This document shows, piece by piece, positions 23,877 through 32,958 of a DNA stretch of 44,031 nt (positions are counted from its first letter, which is position 1; the number at the start of each line of letters is the position of its first letter). The DNA comes from an uncultured Corynebacterium sp. (GTDB taxonomy: Bacteria > Actinomycetota > Actinomycetes > Mycobacteriales > Mycobacteriaceae). Made by a program: the position numbers and the translations under genes. A model generated the notes under the pieces. The model was not told where the DNA came from and ran no database searches. It saw only the letters and a program-made list of their open reading frames with translations. The stretch lies in assembly GCA_963552855.1 (NCBI GenBank), contig CAUVMZ010000001.1:1-44031 (forward strand), given 5' to 3'.

Positions 23877-24878
23877 TCACGACCCTGTCTTACTGGCTAA
23901 TTTCCGCCTAATCTGTTCCGGCGTCGGGTTGTAATACGTCATCGCCCTTTTCGGGTTTTTCCATCCAAAAATCTTGCACAACGTCAGCACATCAACACGC
24001 CCGGCCAGCCGCGTAGCCGCAGTATGTCGCGTATCGTGAAACGTGAATCCACTCAATCCGGCGCGGGCGCGATATTTGCGGAACAGCGCATCAAGCGTCG
24101 GCGATTTCAGCCCAAACACATACACCTCATCCCAGCCGCGCATCGCCTCAATGATGCGTTCCGTGTGATGGAGCGTCGGCACAAACCGCCGACCTGTTTT
24201 CCCCGCACCTACCTCTTCGCCCGTGACGATTAAATGACCGTCGCGCAAATCATCCCATTTGAGTTTGCAAATCTCCCCTGCCCTCATTCCTGTTCGTAGT
24301 GCGAACAGGAATGCGCAGGCGACCGCCTGGCCAATACTGCGGCAGCGGCCGGGCTGGTAGCCCATCGTCCGCAGCATGATGCGCGTCTGCGAGAGCGTAA
24401 TCAGCACTTCTCGATGTTCCGGCTCGCGCGGTTTGCGCACGTCGCGGGCAGGATTTGTGTCGATCCAGCGCCATTCGCGCCGGGCGCTTTCGAGCGCCGA
24501 CGAAACCAGCGAGATTTCGCGGCGGATTGTGGATGTAGATACCTGTTTTAGGCGCACGTCCCGCCATGCGCCAATATCGTCCGGAACCAGGTCAGCCAGG
24601 CGTTTCGCCGCCGGGAATGTCGGATCAGCCAGAAATGCAGCTATCCGGATTGTTTCCCATCGCTCCCCACGATGGGTTGGTGAGATTTCGTCAGCGTAGC
24701 GTTTCAGCGCGTCGCCCAGGGTTTTATCACCCCCCGTTTTCCCAGCGCGCAACTCCTTTTCGCGCTGGAACGCCCAGGCTTCGGCCTCACGCTTGAGACG
24801 GAAAAGCTTGGAATCGCGCTGGCCACCAACATAGACCTGTGCCCGGTAGCCTCGCCCTGTGTGCTGAATTGACGCCAT
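23877..24878 (-). CDS. int: Tyrosine integrase
   Basis: TGMRAGEI, FHDTRHTAAT, GWKN (W at the second His position), TYY catalytic Tyr; N-terminal arm-binding domain. Confidence 0.95.
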   Translation of the reverse strand: MASIQHTGRGYRAQVYVGGQRDSKLFRLKREAEAWAFQREKELRAGKTGGDKTLGDALKRYADEISPTHRGERWETIRIAAFLADPTFPAAKRLADLVPDDIGAWRDVRLKQVSTSTIRREISLVSSALESARREWRWIDTNPARDVRKPREPEHREVLITLSQTRIMLRTMGYQPGRCRSIGQAVACAFLFALRTGMRAGEICKLKWDDLRDGHLIVTGEEVGAGKTGRRFVPTLHHTERIIEAMRGWDEVYVFGLKSPTLDALFRKYRARAGLSGFTFHDTRHTAATRLAGRVDVLTLCKIFGWKNPKRAMTYYNPTPEQIRRKLASKTGS

Positions 24879-25090
24879 GGGGAATCCCCTGGGGAATTTG
24901 TGGGGAATCCATTGTAATTTTTGTTGTTTTGGCGCTCAAATTTGTTTCATAGGATCGTTATAAGTTGTTGTTTTGAAAGATTTGATGTGTTCAGCGCGTC
25001 AAAATAAATCATTTAATGGTGCCGACGATGGGCGTCGAAATCTGTTGTTTAGCATGGCTTTCATGGGTGTCATGGGTAATTTTTGGGGGG
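24878..25090. other. attP: core matching a tRNA-Leu 3' end (25017-25039, minus strand) with arm-type repeats and IHF-like sites
   Basis: Reverse complement TTCGACGCCCATCGTCGGCACCA (T-loop to CCA only); TGGGGAAT at 24878, 24890 and 24901, TGGGTAAT at 25073; WATCAANNNNTTR-like sites at 24961 and 25003. Confidence 0.8.
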
Positions 25091-25190
25091 TTGATATTAA
25101 TCGACCAGCCTTCGTGTAGGCGTATCTAACTCGTACTCCATCCACTGATATGATTATATGTTCATTTTGTCTGTCGGCGGCAATTGTCAA

Positions 25191-28100
25191 TCACCCCCGC
25201 GCTTTTGCCATTTTTTCACGCAACTTCTTCATCTCAGCCTCATATTGATCATTATCGATTTTGTTGCGGGTGCGCTGGCGCGCTACGTTCCTCATCTCGC
25301 TCCTGATGTCATTCATAATCCTCGCTTTATTGAGGTTGTAGTTTCTTAGTTGTACATCAATCGGGTAACTGCCAATCTTGATGCCGACCGACGACAACGC
25401 CGCTTGCCCAACGGACTGTTCCCGCCCAAAGGCATCGGTTGCACCACGGCTTGCATTCTTGATGCTGGTATAAGCATATGAACCCGGAATGACTGCCGCA
25501 TTCGGCATCATCGACTGATACACGTAGGCAGATACCTTCATCCACTTTTCAGGAGTCGTATCAATCTCGCTAGTGATTTCCTTGCCGGTAAACATGCTCT
25601 TGTTCGCAACGATTTCGCCCAGCAAGCCTAACGGGCCTGACGGATTAAACATCGGTAGCATCGGGACAGCGGAATGCCCTTGCCCCGTATCAAACAGATC
25701 GCCCACCGGAATAAAGCGCCGGATGTCAAGAAACACCGGGCTGCTGTTTTCATCATTCCACGGCATACGGATCAGCTTGGGCGTCCCCAGCCAGGTCAGT
25801 CCAGCCTTCTCTTCCGGCAAATACTTGCGCTCTTCTTCATCGTCGCCATCCGAAAACGCATGCCCCAACGCATTGGCTAGGCCGGAAAACGCCGCCAACT
25901 TCAGAATTTTGTGCGGCTTATGCGCGGCAATTTCCACCAGCATGGGAATGGCGCGATAGCTATACGAAATGAACGGAAACACGCTTTTTCGTACAGCCTG
26001 GATCCAAGGGGCATTGATGTTGTAATCGAGGAACGACCTGCGCCCAATCTTGCCGGCGTCCATATCGCTCTTGCCTTCTTCTTTCGCCCGCAGCCACGCG
26101 GCCAGTCTGAACACCTGGTCTTCCGCCTCGTAAGCGCTCAGCATTGCCTTGGCGGTACCGGAGATCGCTTTTGCGGGCAACGCGCCTTTAGCCGCATGCC
26201 AGGCTGCCGGGAACTGTAGCTGCACCAGATGCCCGAGCGCTGAGAACACCCCCGCCTTCACCGCATCACCCTCGCCGTTCAAATGCAGTTCATCCTCAAG
26301 CGCTTCAAGCAACGGCGCGAGCTGTTCGCGCTGAAGTTCGGCGGTTGCCCAAGCGCCGAGATCACCGCCCGAATCGGCAAAACGGTTCATGATTTCCTGC
26401 GCAGCCAGGTGATTCATATCGTTTTGCTGCGCCGCCCGCTTGCCCGGATTCCGGCTCTCTTGCGCGGCCAGCATAATGCGCAGCGCCTTGAGAAGATGCC
26501 CGGATGACACATCGTGCCAGTCCGCCATGACAAAGTTCGACATGACATTATTCATATGTACGGTCGGAGACAATGCAGTCTTGCTCATCTTCCACACCCG
26601 CAGAATCTCGCCATACACCTTCGCCGCCCCTTCCGGGCGCGAGCCAACGCTTTGTCTCAGGTCGTTCCAGATAGCGCCGGGGATATATTTTCCAGCCAGC
26701 GCGCCAAAGACCGGCACGCGCGTGCCGGGCACTTTCCGGCTGGGCACCTCAACCCATTCGTCCGGCTTATAGACACGCGCCAACCGTTCGCTGGCATTGA
26801 CAATTTCACCTGTGACCTGCGCGGGATCGGATACCGCGTAATTTTTATCCAGCCATTCGAGGTATTTCCCCGTCTCGACATCATGAATCATGCCGTGCAG
26901 CGTCTTCATAATAGCGAAACGCACCTCGTCGATTTCGCCCATCGCTTCGCGCTCCTGCTTGGTGAAGTCACGCCACATCATAATGTTCTTGTCTTTAACG
27001 CCCAGCGCTTCCCAAGTTCCGGCATGCTCGAAACCGGCGAAACGCTCCGGAATTTTTTCGGTTGCCGGCCAATACACCACCTCGCGCAGCTTGCCTTTGT
27101 CCATCAGGCCGGAGTTGAGTTTTTCCGCCACCGGCGTCCGGCGTTCCAGGCGGACAAATTTTTTCCCCTTCATCCCCTTGTCCTTGTCACCGACAACAAG
27201 GTTCTTCCGCCACCAGTACGCCGCACGGTTGGCAAATTCGGGCATCGACACCGCATCGACCATGCCGCGCCCTATGTATTGCTTGCCCATGACCGAGATC
27301 ATTTGGGCGCGCGAGAATTTTTCGGCTATTCCCGATTCTTGCAGATGCTTGGCGTAACTGCGCCGCAGATATTCAAATTGGTTGCGTTCATAAGCACCCT
27401 TATCAAGCAGACCCAGCCTGACCGCTTCCTGGGAAAGCTTGTCGATCATCTGCTTGATTTCGCGCATCACAACCACCGATTCCGGCGGTAACTGCCGCTC
27501 AAGGAACGCCGCCGCCTCCGGCTCGTTATTATTCATCCAGGCATACGCCACACGGGACTCTTCGCGCGTCAGGCTCCCCAGTCGTTCAGTCAGCTTGCCC
27601 AACCCCCGGATATGCTGTTTCATCGCACCCTGCATTTCCACGCGCCGGTCAATTACCGCTTCGGGAACGCCATAGTCAGAAATTAGCCCGGCCTTCACCG
27701 ATTCCGGGGTGATATGGTCGAGAATAAATCCGCCCTTGTTATAGGCGGTCTCCGCCAACCAGTTAATGCCCGTCCATTTGGTTGCCAAAGCAAAAACGGC
27801 ATCGACAGGCTTGAATACGCTCACTTTCCGCCGGATGATCTCATCGGCAAGCGCTTCCGGCGTTGCTGCGCCGGCGCGGCTGTACCGAGGCTCTTCAGTA
27901 TTGACACTATCCCACCATTGGGCTAATCTATTTTTTGAAAGCCCCTCGGCTCCTTCCCCCGGATTTGGCTTCCGGCCAGGTTGGATAACAGGGGCTTTTG
28001 TTTTGTCTATTGCCTCTACGCTCGTTGCATCGTTGTCGTAATATACATGCCCATCGTTGTCTTCCCGCAAGACAATACGCACAAAGGCTTCACCGCTTGG

Positions 28101-31100
28101 GAAGGACGCTTTGACGCCGTAGTTGTGGAACGCGACAACGTTCGGGCGTTTGGGATCGTTCAGCGCGTCACGCCATAACGGTTGCGCGCGTTCAATGAGT
28201 TCGCCCAGTTTTTGCATGACAAGCAGTACGCGCCTGTCAGCGGCATGTTGTGCGGTTTCCTTGAAGCCGCTGACAGGGAATTCCACTTGCCGCCCATCAA
28301 TGGTTTTTACCGGCTTGAGCGCTTTGTATAGCTGCCTGGCGCGCGAGCGCGCCGCTGCAATGTCGCCGCTTTCAATTGCCTTGTCGACGCCGATTACGAC
28401 CGGCTCCATCTCTTCAAGCGCTTTTTTGGCTTCAACGGCGCGCTTGCGGCTGTACTGAGGCGTCATGTCGCGCGAGAGCAACGCTTGCAGCCGCCGGGCA
28501 ACCTGCGCTCCGCTCGCCTTGCCATCGGCGCGCCCGGTTGCTACACTGTCTATGCCTCCTGCGCCGGATGAGCCGGATCGCTCCACACTGCTTTCAGTGT
28601 CAGTCCCGGATACTCGGCGGCCAAGGAGGCTTTCTTTTGTGGCGACACTGTGCAAATACATGCGCTGCGTGTTCGGGTCTTTATGCACCAACACCGTCAC
28701 CACGTCTTCCTTGCCGTCAATTTCTACTGGCGCGCTGATGTAATGGCTTTCTCCGTCGCGCCCGCGCTGCGCCGACATAACGAGCGCGCCACGCTCCAGA
28801 ACATCCTTGACCGCGCCAAATGCCGCATACTTGAACAAGGTCGGCTTACCGTGCGACATGGAGTCACGAACGGCGCGCTCATCCAACGCCACATCCCCAA
28901 GCTGCGGATTGACGGCCTTGCCACCTTGACGTTCAAATAGCTTTGTTGCCCATGCACGCACATCGGCCATTCCGGTTTTCGGCACCGATTCGGTTTTCAC
29001 CTTCGCCACCGGCTCGCCCTGCAATATCCGCGCTTTTTCATCGTCGCTTTGCCGGCGGCTGTACATCGGCTCAATCTGCGCCTGCGCCGAGCGTTTGCCG
29101 TTCTTTACCCAGCCGCGCGCCGGCAGGATGTAGCTGTGGATGATTTCTTCGTCGGTAAGCTTCATGTTGCCCAGCCCGGGCACGTGGCCGCGCAGCCATT
29201 GGCGGATAGCGGCGACGCTGCGTTTGACGAAGCCCAATTCCGGATGATCCTGCGCCATTTCGGCAAGGATTTCTTCGGCCGCGGTCATTCGTCCTTTCTC
29301 GCCCAGGGCTTTAAGTTGCTCGGCAAGCGGCGCGTCTTTGGGCATGTTCTCCGGCATGAGGCCGTATTCGCGCGCCTTGGCAACGACTTCCCGCAGGCGC
29401 GTCCTGACGATCTGGCCCAGGATGCCGTCCAGACTGTCGCCGAAGACGCCTTTCAGGCCGTAGTGCCCCAGCGCTTCGTGAAACAGGGTGCGCGTGGCGT
29501 CTTCCAGCGTGGTCAACTGGTCGACGACGAGATAGACCTTGCCTTGATAGATAAAGCCTTCCGCCTCGCCCGATGCGCCCTGTTTCTTCATCTGCGTGTC
29601 GTGACGACGCACGGCTTCGGGAATGGCTTCGTCCTGCATGTCGCGGGCGACAATGACTTCCGGCGCTCTTTTCCAGCCGTCCGTGATGGCTTTGACGTGC
29701 TCACGGATCGTTTCGGCCTTGCGTTCGACGGCGGCCTTGGCTACACTGTTATTGCTATCTGCGCCCAGCCCCCTGCCTCTTTGTGAGTGAGGCTGCGTAT
29801 CGGATGATGCGGCTTTGGCTGCACGTTGCGAATCAGATGCCGCGTTTGAAGCGCCTGTAGCATCACGGGAGAGTGTAGGGGTGCTACCAGTAGGGGCGGT
29901 ATTGTCATATCCCTTTCCGCTCGCACCTTCAGACAACCCGAAGGCAGTAAGCACCCATGCATTACTGCCTTTGTTTTTTCTCAAGGCGACGCGGTAGCCG
30001 TTGTGGTCTATTTTTAAAGCGACGGAATCATCAAACTGCGTCCTTGCCGCAATTTTCCCTTTTGCAATAGTTTCCACCGCTGCGCGCGTGAGCATGCGGA
30101 TAGCCTGCGCTTCACTCATGCCGTCTTTACGCTGGCGGGCGTCAATGATATGCGCCAGGCCTTTTGCGCCTGCGCTCTTGCCGGTCTGGCTGATTCGCCC
30201 TTCGTCACCCCATACGAAATCTACCCAGCCAATATCGTTGCGATACATAGCGCGATGAACAGAGGTTTTTCCGGCAATCGCTTCTTCCATCGCCTTGCGT
30301 CCGCGCGCAATATTTGCCTCTACCGATTTCATTGCACTGCGGCTCATGGCCGGGCTTGCAGCCTCGTTTTCAGGCACGCTGTTCTGCTTCCCATCGCTCT
30401 GGCGCGCGCGCTGTTGTGCGGGTTCTTCCGCCTGTACCGGGCGCGTTTGTGCGCCTTCGCCTTTCTTGCTTTCCGGCAATTTTTGCAAGACGTAGCCGGT
30501 CTGTACTTTCTGCACTTTGTGCGTGCCGTCTAGGGCGTTGGCCTGCCGGTATTGCGCCGCTGCTTCTTCGCTCCTGAACGGTTTGCCGTCTGTATTGCGC
30601 ACGGTTGGCGCGCTTTGCAGGCGGGCGATTTCTTCTTGCCGGGCGCTATCGGTAATGTTTGCCGGCGCGGGTGAGTCTACAGACTCACTTTTGGGTGCGT
30701 TCTGCGCTTGTGTACCATTTGGTACACGTGCGGATGCATCGTTCTCCGTAACAGGTGCCCCCATGGGGACACTTTGCCCGGCATTCGGCGCATCTTTCTT
30801 GCGGATGATGAAGCCTTGCGCATCCGCAGCGCTGGCGAAGGTAGGCTGTTTCGGCTTGGCAGGCTGTAAATACTGCGCCGCTGTGCTCCTGTTCGACTGC
30901 CGCGCCATTTCTGCCCGATTAACCGGTGTTTGCCGCACGCGCACCAGCATAGGGCGCTGCATGGCATCGACCATCTCCGGCGCAATACCGAAATTCACCG
31001 CGTTCTCGCGCAGGAACGCCTTGTAATCGGCTGCGTGCTGCCCGTTGGACTGATACGCCTGCTTGATGGCGATGGTGCGCGCATTGCCGGATTCAACCAA

Positions 31101-32897
31101 TCCGTCAGCCCCTACGACAGGCGCGCCGGCGGAAACTTTGTCCGAACCGCCCAGCCTTGCCGGGTTGAGCCGACTCACAATGCCGGAGACCTGCATCTTC
31201 GATTGATACGAGCCGCGATCTTTCGGCTGCATTTCCATCGGGTAGTTTAGCGACGGGCGGAAATATTCATCATGGCTGGCCGTAACATCGTCGGCTTCCA
31301 TCAGTGCATACTCCCCTTTGAGAGGGATGCCCGTTTCTGTCCGGAATGTGGTTTCAGCACCCTTTACCGCCTGCGGAAATTCAGACGTGATATTGGCACG
31401 CTCCAACACAAGCGGGGTCTGGCTGGCTTCGTCAGCCGTTTTCAGTTCTTCGTCAATCTGCTCAACGCGATCAAGCGGCGTGATCGGATCAGGATGAAAC
31501 AACGCGCTTTCCGCGTTCTTCCTTAGCGATTCTTCGGGGTTCTCAGTGGTTGCAGCAGTTTTAGCGGCATCAGGCGTCTGCTGAGTGTTCGCAGGCGTTT
31601 CGGGCGTGGTCTCGCCTTCTTCCGGCTCGACCCGACCCAGCACTTCATCCGCTGCGACGGCGGCATTACCGCGCCCAGAATTTTCTGCTGCGCCATTATT
31701 GCGATGGAATGCGCCGCCCATGACGCCGCCCATCAAGCCGCCCGCTAGGCCGCCAGAAATAGCGGACTCGCCGACGCCTTCCATCAGTTGCTGTGACGGA
31801 TCGGCAAAGCGTGCGATCGCGGCGTTATCGCTCAGCTTTTCCCCGGCCGACTGGATGGCTTCCGTCGCCGTCTCCTGGAGCGCGCCGCGACCAATCGCGC
31901 CTGCCCGCGTTCCCTTACCAACAGCCGCCGAACCAAGATACCTGTCGCCCAGCCCGCCAAAGAGCGCATCAAACGCAAACGCCCCGGCCGCGGAATCCTC
32001 CGCAACCCGCTTGGCAACCGCTTTTCTTGCAGCGGCGGCATCCCCTTTGTGATCGGCCAGCGATTTCTTGTAATACGCCGATTCCGCCAGTTTCTCGGCA
32101 GGCATTTCCATCACTGTACGATAAGCCTGCTCGTAGGCGGAACCCGCGCCCTGCGCGCCTTCCATCGCCCCGCCGGAAATCATCGCCGCGCGCTCAGCCG
32201 CTTTCGTAGCCGCAAGTTCGGCCGCTTCACGACTCCCTGTCTGTGCAAGTGTCTTTGCAAACGCGCCTTTGCCTGCCACACCCGCCAGCTTCGCGGTAGC
32301 GCCCATCGGGCCAAGCGTCCCCGGTGCAGACTGCGTTGCGTCCCCCAACAGCTTGCGCGGAGTTACCCAGGCATCGCCGAACAACTCGCCTTGACCCGCC
32401 AGATTCCACAAATTCTTCGGAATGGACAGCACGCCATCCTTCTTGATCTCATTCCAGTCGGCTTTTATATATTCTGCCTGGTCAGCCATCCGTTGTGCGT
32501 CGGAAAGCTCGGCATCAAGACTCTTTCGCCGGTTATTGAGAAAATCACGCGCACTCTGTACCTTTTCACCAACCCAGTTTTGGGCTGATTTCGGAACCAT
32601 CTCATTGACAAGCGTCTCTCCGATCCCTTGGCTGACAGCCAGATTCGCCAAGCCAAGCGCCTGTTCCGGCAGATCGACGGTCGTCCCGGCATTGACCTTG
32701 GTCAGCAGGTCTTTGCCGATGTGCTGATTGACTTCCGCCCAGCTTTCCTCCTTGTAGGGGTCGCCACCCTTATAACGATAGCCTTCCTCAATGTCACCCA
32801 CCTTGGGCGGAAGAAGCTCCCAGCTTTCCTCCTTGTAAGGATCACCGCCTTTGTAACGATAACCTTCCTCGATGTGGCCGATTTCAAGCGCTTCCAT
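25191..32897 (-). CDS. Giant virion-associated polyvalent protein (2568 aa): DdrB-like ParB domain, BECR-fold nuclease, zincin-like metallopeptidase, two LPD3-like domains, conserved C-terminal region
   Basis: GAPVVGADGLVESGNARTIAI; IGWVDFVWG..GLAHII; TLFHEALGHYGL..EEILAEMA; last gene of the virion operon. Confidence 0.75.
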   Translation of the reverse strand: MEALEIGHIEEGYRYKGGDPYKEESWELLPPKVGDIEEGYRYKGGDPYKEESWAEVNQHIGKDLLTKVNAGTTVDLPEQALGLANLAVSQGIGETLVNEMVPKSAQNWVGEKVQSARDFLNNRRKSLDAELSDAQRMADQAEYIKADWNEIKKDGVLSIPKNLWNLAGQGELFGDAWVTPRKLLGDATQSAPGTLGPMGATAKLAGVAGKGAFAKTLAQTGSREAAELAATKAAERAAMISGGAMEGAQGAGSAYEQAYRTVMEMPAEKLAESAYYKKSLADHKGDAAAARKAVAKRVAEDSAAGAFAFDALFGGLGDRYLGSAAVGKGTRAGAIGRGALQETATEAIQSAGEKLSDNAAIARFADPSQQLMEGVGESAISGGLAGGLMGGVMGGAFHRNNGAAENSGRGNAAVAADEVLGRVEPEEGETTPETPANTQQTPDAAKTAATTENPEESLRKNAESALFHPDPITPLDRVEQIDEELKTADEASQTPLVLERANITSEFPQAVKGAETTFRTETGIPLKGEYALMEADDVTASHDEYFRPSLNYPMEMQPKDRGSYQSKMQVSGIVSRLNPARLGGSDKVSAGAPVVGADGLVESGNARTIAIKQAYQSNGQHAADYKAFLRENAVNFGIAPEMVDAMQRPMLVRVRQTPVNRAEMARQSNRSTAAQYLQPAKPKQPTFASAADAQGFIIRKKDAPNAGQSVPMGAPVTENDASARVPNGTQAQNAPKSESVDSPAPANITDSARQEEIARLQSAPTVRNTDGKPFRSEEAAAQYRQANALDGTHKVQKVQTGYVLQKLPESKKGEGAQTRPVQAEEPAQQRARQSDGKQNSVPENEAASPAMSRSAMKSVEANIARGRKAMEEAIAGKTSVHRAMYRNDIGWVDFVWGDEGRISQTGKSAGAKGLAHIIDARQRKDGMSEAQAIRMLTRAAVETIAKGKIAARTQFDDSVALKIDHNGYRVALRKNKGSNAWVLTAFGLSEGASGKGYDNTAPTGSTPTLSRDATGASNAASDSQRAAKAASSDTQPHSQRGRGLGADSNNSVAKAAVERKAETIREHVKAITDGWKRAPEVIVARDMQDEAIPEAVRRHDTQMKKQGASGEAEGFIYQGKVYLVVDQLTTLEDATRTLFHEALGHYGLKGVFGDSLDGILGQIVRTRLREVVAKAREYGLMPENMPKDAPLAEQLKALGEKGRMTAAEEILAEMAQDHPELGFVKRSVAAIRQWLRGHVPGLGNMKLTDEEIIHSYILPARGWVKNGKRSAQAQIEPMYSRRQSDDEKARILQGEPVAKVKTESVPKTGMADVRAWATKLFERQGGKAVNPQLGDVALDERAVRDSMSHGKPTLFKYAAFGAVKDVLERGALVMSAQRGRDGESHYISAPVEIDGKEDVVTVLVHKDPNTQRMYLHSVATKESLLGRRVSGTDTESSVERSGSSGAGGIDSVATGRADGKASGAQVARRLQALLSRDMTPQYSRKRAVEAKKALEEMEPVVIGVDKAIESGDIAAARSRARQLYKALKPVKTIDGRQVEFPVSGFKETAQHAADRRVLLVMQKLGELIERAQPLWRDALNDPKRPNVVAFHNYGVKASFPSGEAFVRIVLREDNDGHVYYDNDATSVEAIDKTKAPVIQPGRKPNPGEGAEGLSKNRLAQWWDSVNTEEPRYSRAGAATPEALADEIIRRKVSVFKPVDAVFALATKWTGINWLAETAYNKGGFILDHITPESVKAGLISDYGVPEAVIDRRVEMQGAMKQHIRGLGKLTERLGSLTREESRVAYAWMNNNEPEAAAFLERQLPPESVVVMREIKQMIDKLSQEAVRLGLLDKGAYERNQFEYLRRSYAKHLQESGIAEKFSRAQMISVMGKQYIGRGMVDAVSMPEFANRAAYWWRKNLVVGDKDKGMKGKKFVRLERRTPVAEKLNSGLMDKGKLREVVYWPATEKIPERFAGFEHAGTWEALGVKDKNIMMWRDFTKQEREAMGEIDEVRFAIMKTLHGMIHDVETGKYLEWLDKNYAVSDPAQVTGEIVNASERLARVYKPDEWVEVPSRKVPGTRVPVFGALAGKYIPGAIWNDLRQSVGSRPEGAAKVYGEILRVWKMSKTALSPTVHMNNVMSNFVMADWHDVSSGHLLKALRIMLAAQESRNPGKRAAQQNDMNHLAAQEIMNRFADSGGDLGAWATAELQREQLAPLLEALEDELHLNGEGDAVKAGVFSALGHLVQLQFPAAWHAAKGALPAKAISGTAKAMLSAYEAEDQVFRLAAWLRAKEEGKSDMDAGKIGRRSFLDYNINAPWIQAVRKSVFPFISYSYRAIPMLVEIAAHKPHKILKLAAFSGLANALGHAFSDGDDEEERKYLPEEKAGLTWLGTPKLIRMPWNDENSSPVFLDIRRFIPVGDLFDTGQGHSAVPMLPMFNPSGPLGLLGEIVANKSMFTGKEITSEIDTTPEKWMKVSAYVYQSMMPNAAVIPGSYAYTSIKNASRGATDAFGREQSVGQAALSSVGIKIGSYPIDVQLRNYNLNKARIMNDIRSEMRNVARQRTRNKIDNDQYEAEMKKLREKMAKARG
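32738..32880 (-). repeat. Tandem duplication (81-bp period) encoding G(H/D)IEEGYRYKGGDPYKEESW twice
   Basis: Near-identical peptide; DNA differs mainly at synonymous positions. Confidence 0.9.
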
Positions 32898-32934
32898 AAC
32901 AAAACACCCCGACAGACAAATATCCGTCAGGGTG
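32898..32934 (-). terminator. Hairpin plus U-rich tract immediately upstream of the giant gene start
   Basis: CACCCTGACGGATA-TT-TGTCTGTCGGGGTG-TTTTGTT-ATG; G-U pairs favour the minus strand. Confidence 0.55.
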
Positions 32935-32958
32935 CCATGCTTGGTGCGTCATCCGGCG

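Noticed and set aside
25017..25039. tRNA gene
   Set aside because: Only the T-loop to CCA is present; the 5' T-stem, anticodon and D arms are missing, so it is an att core.
24999..25190. 63-aa ORF across attP
   Set aside because: TTG start, no motif, and it would be split on integration.
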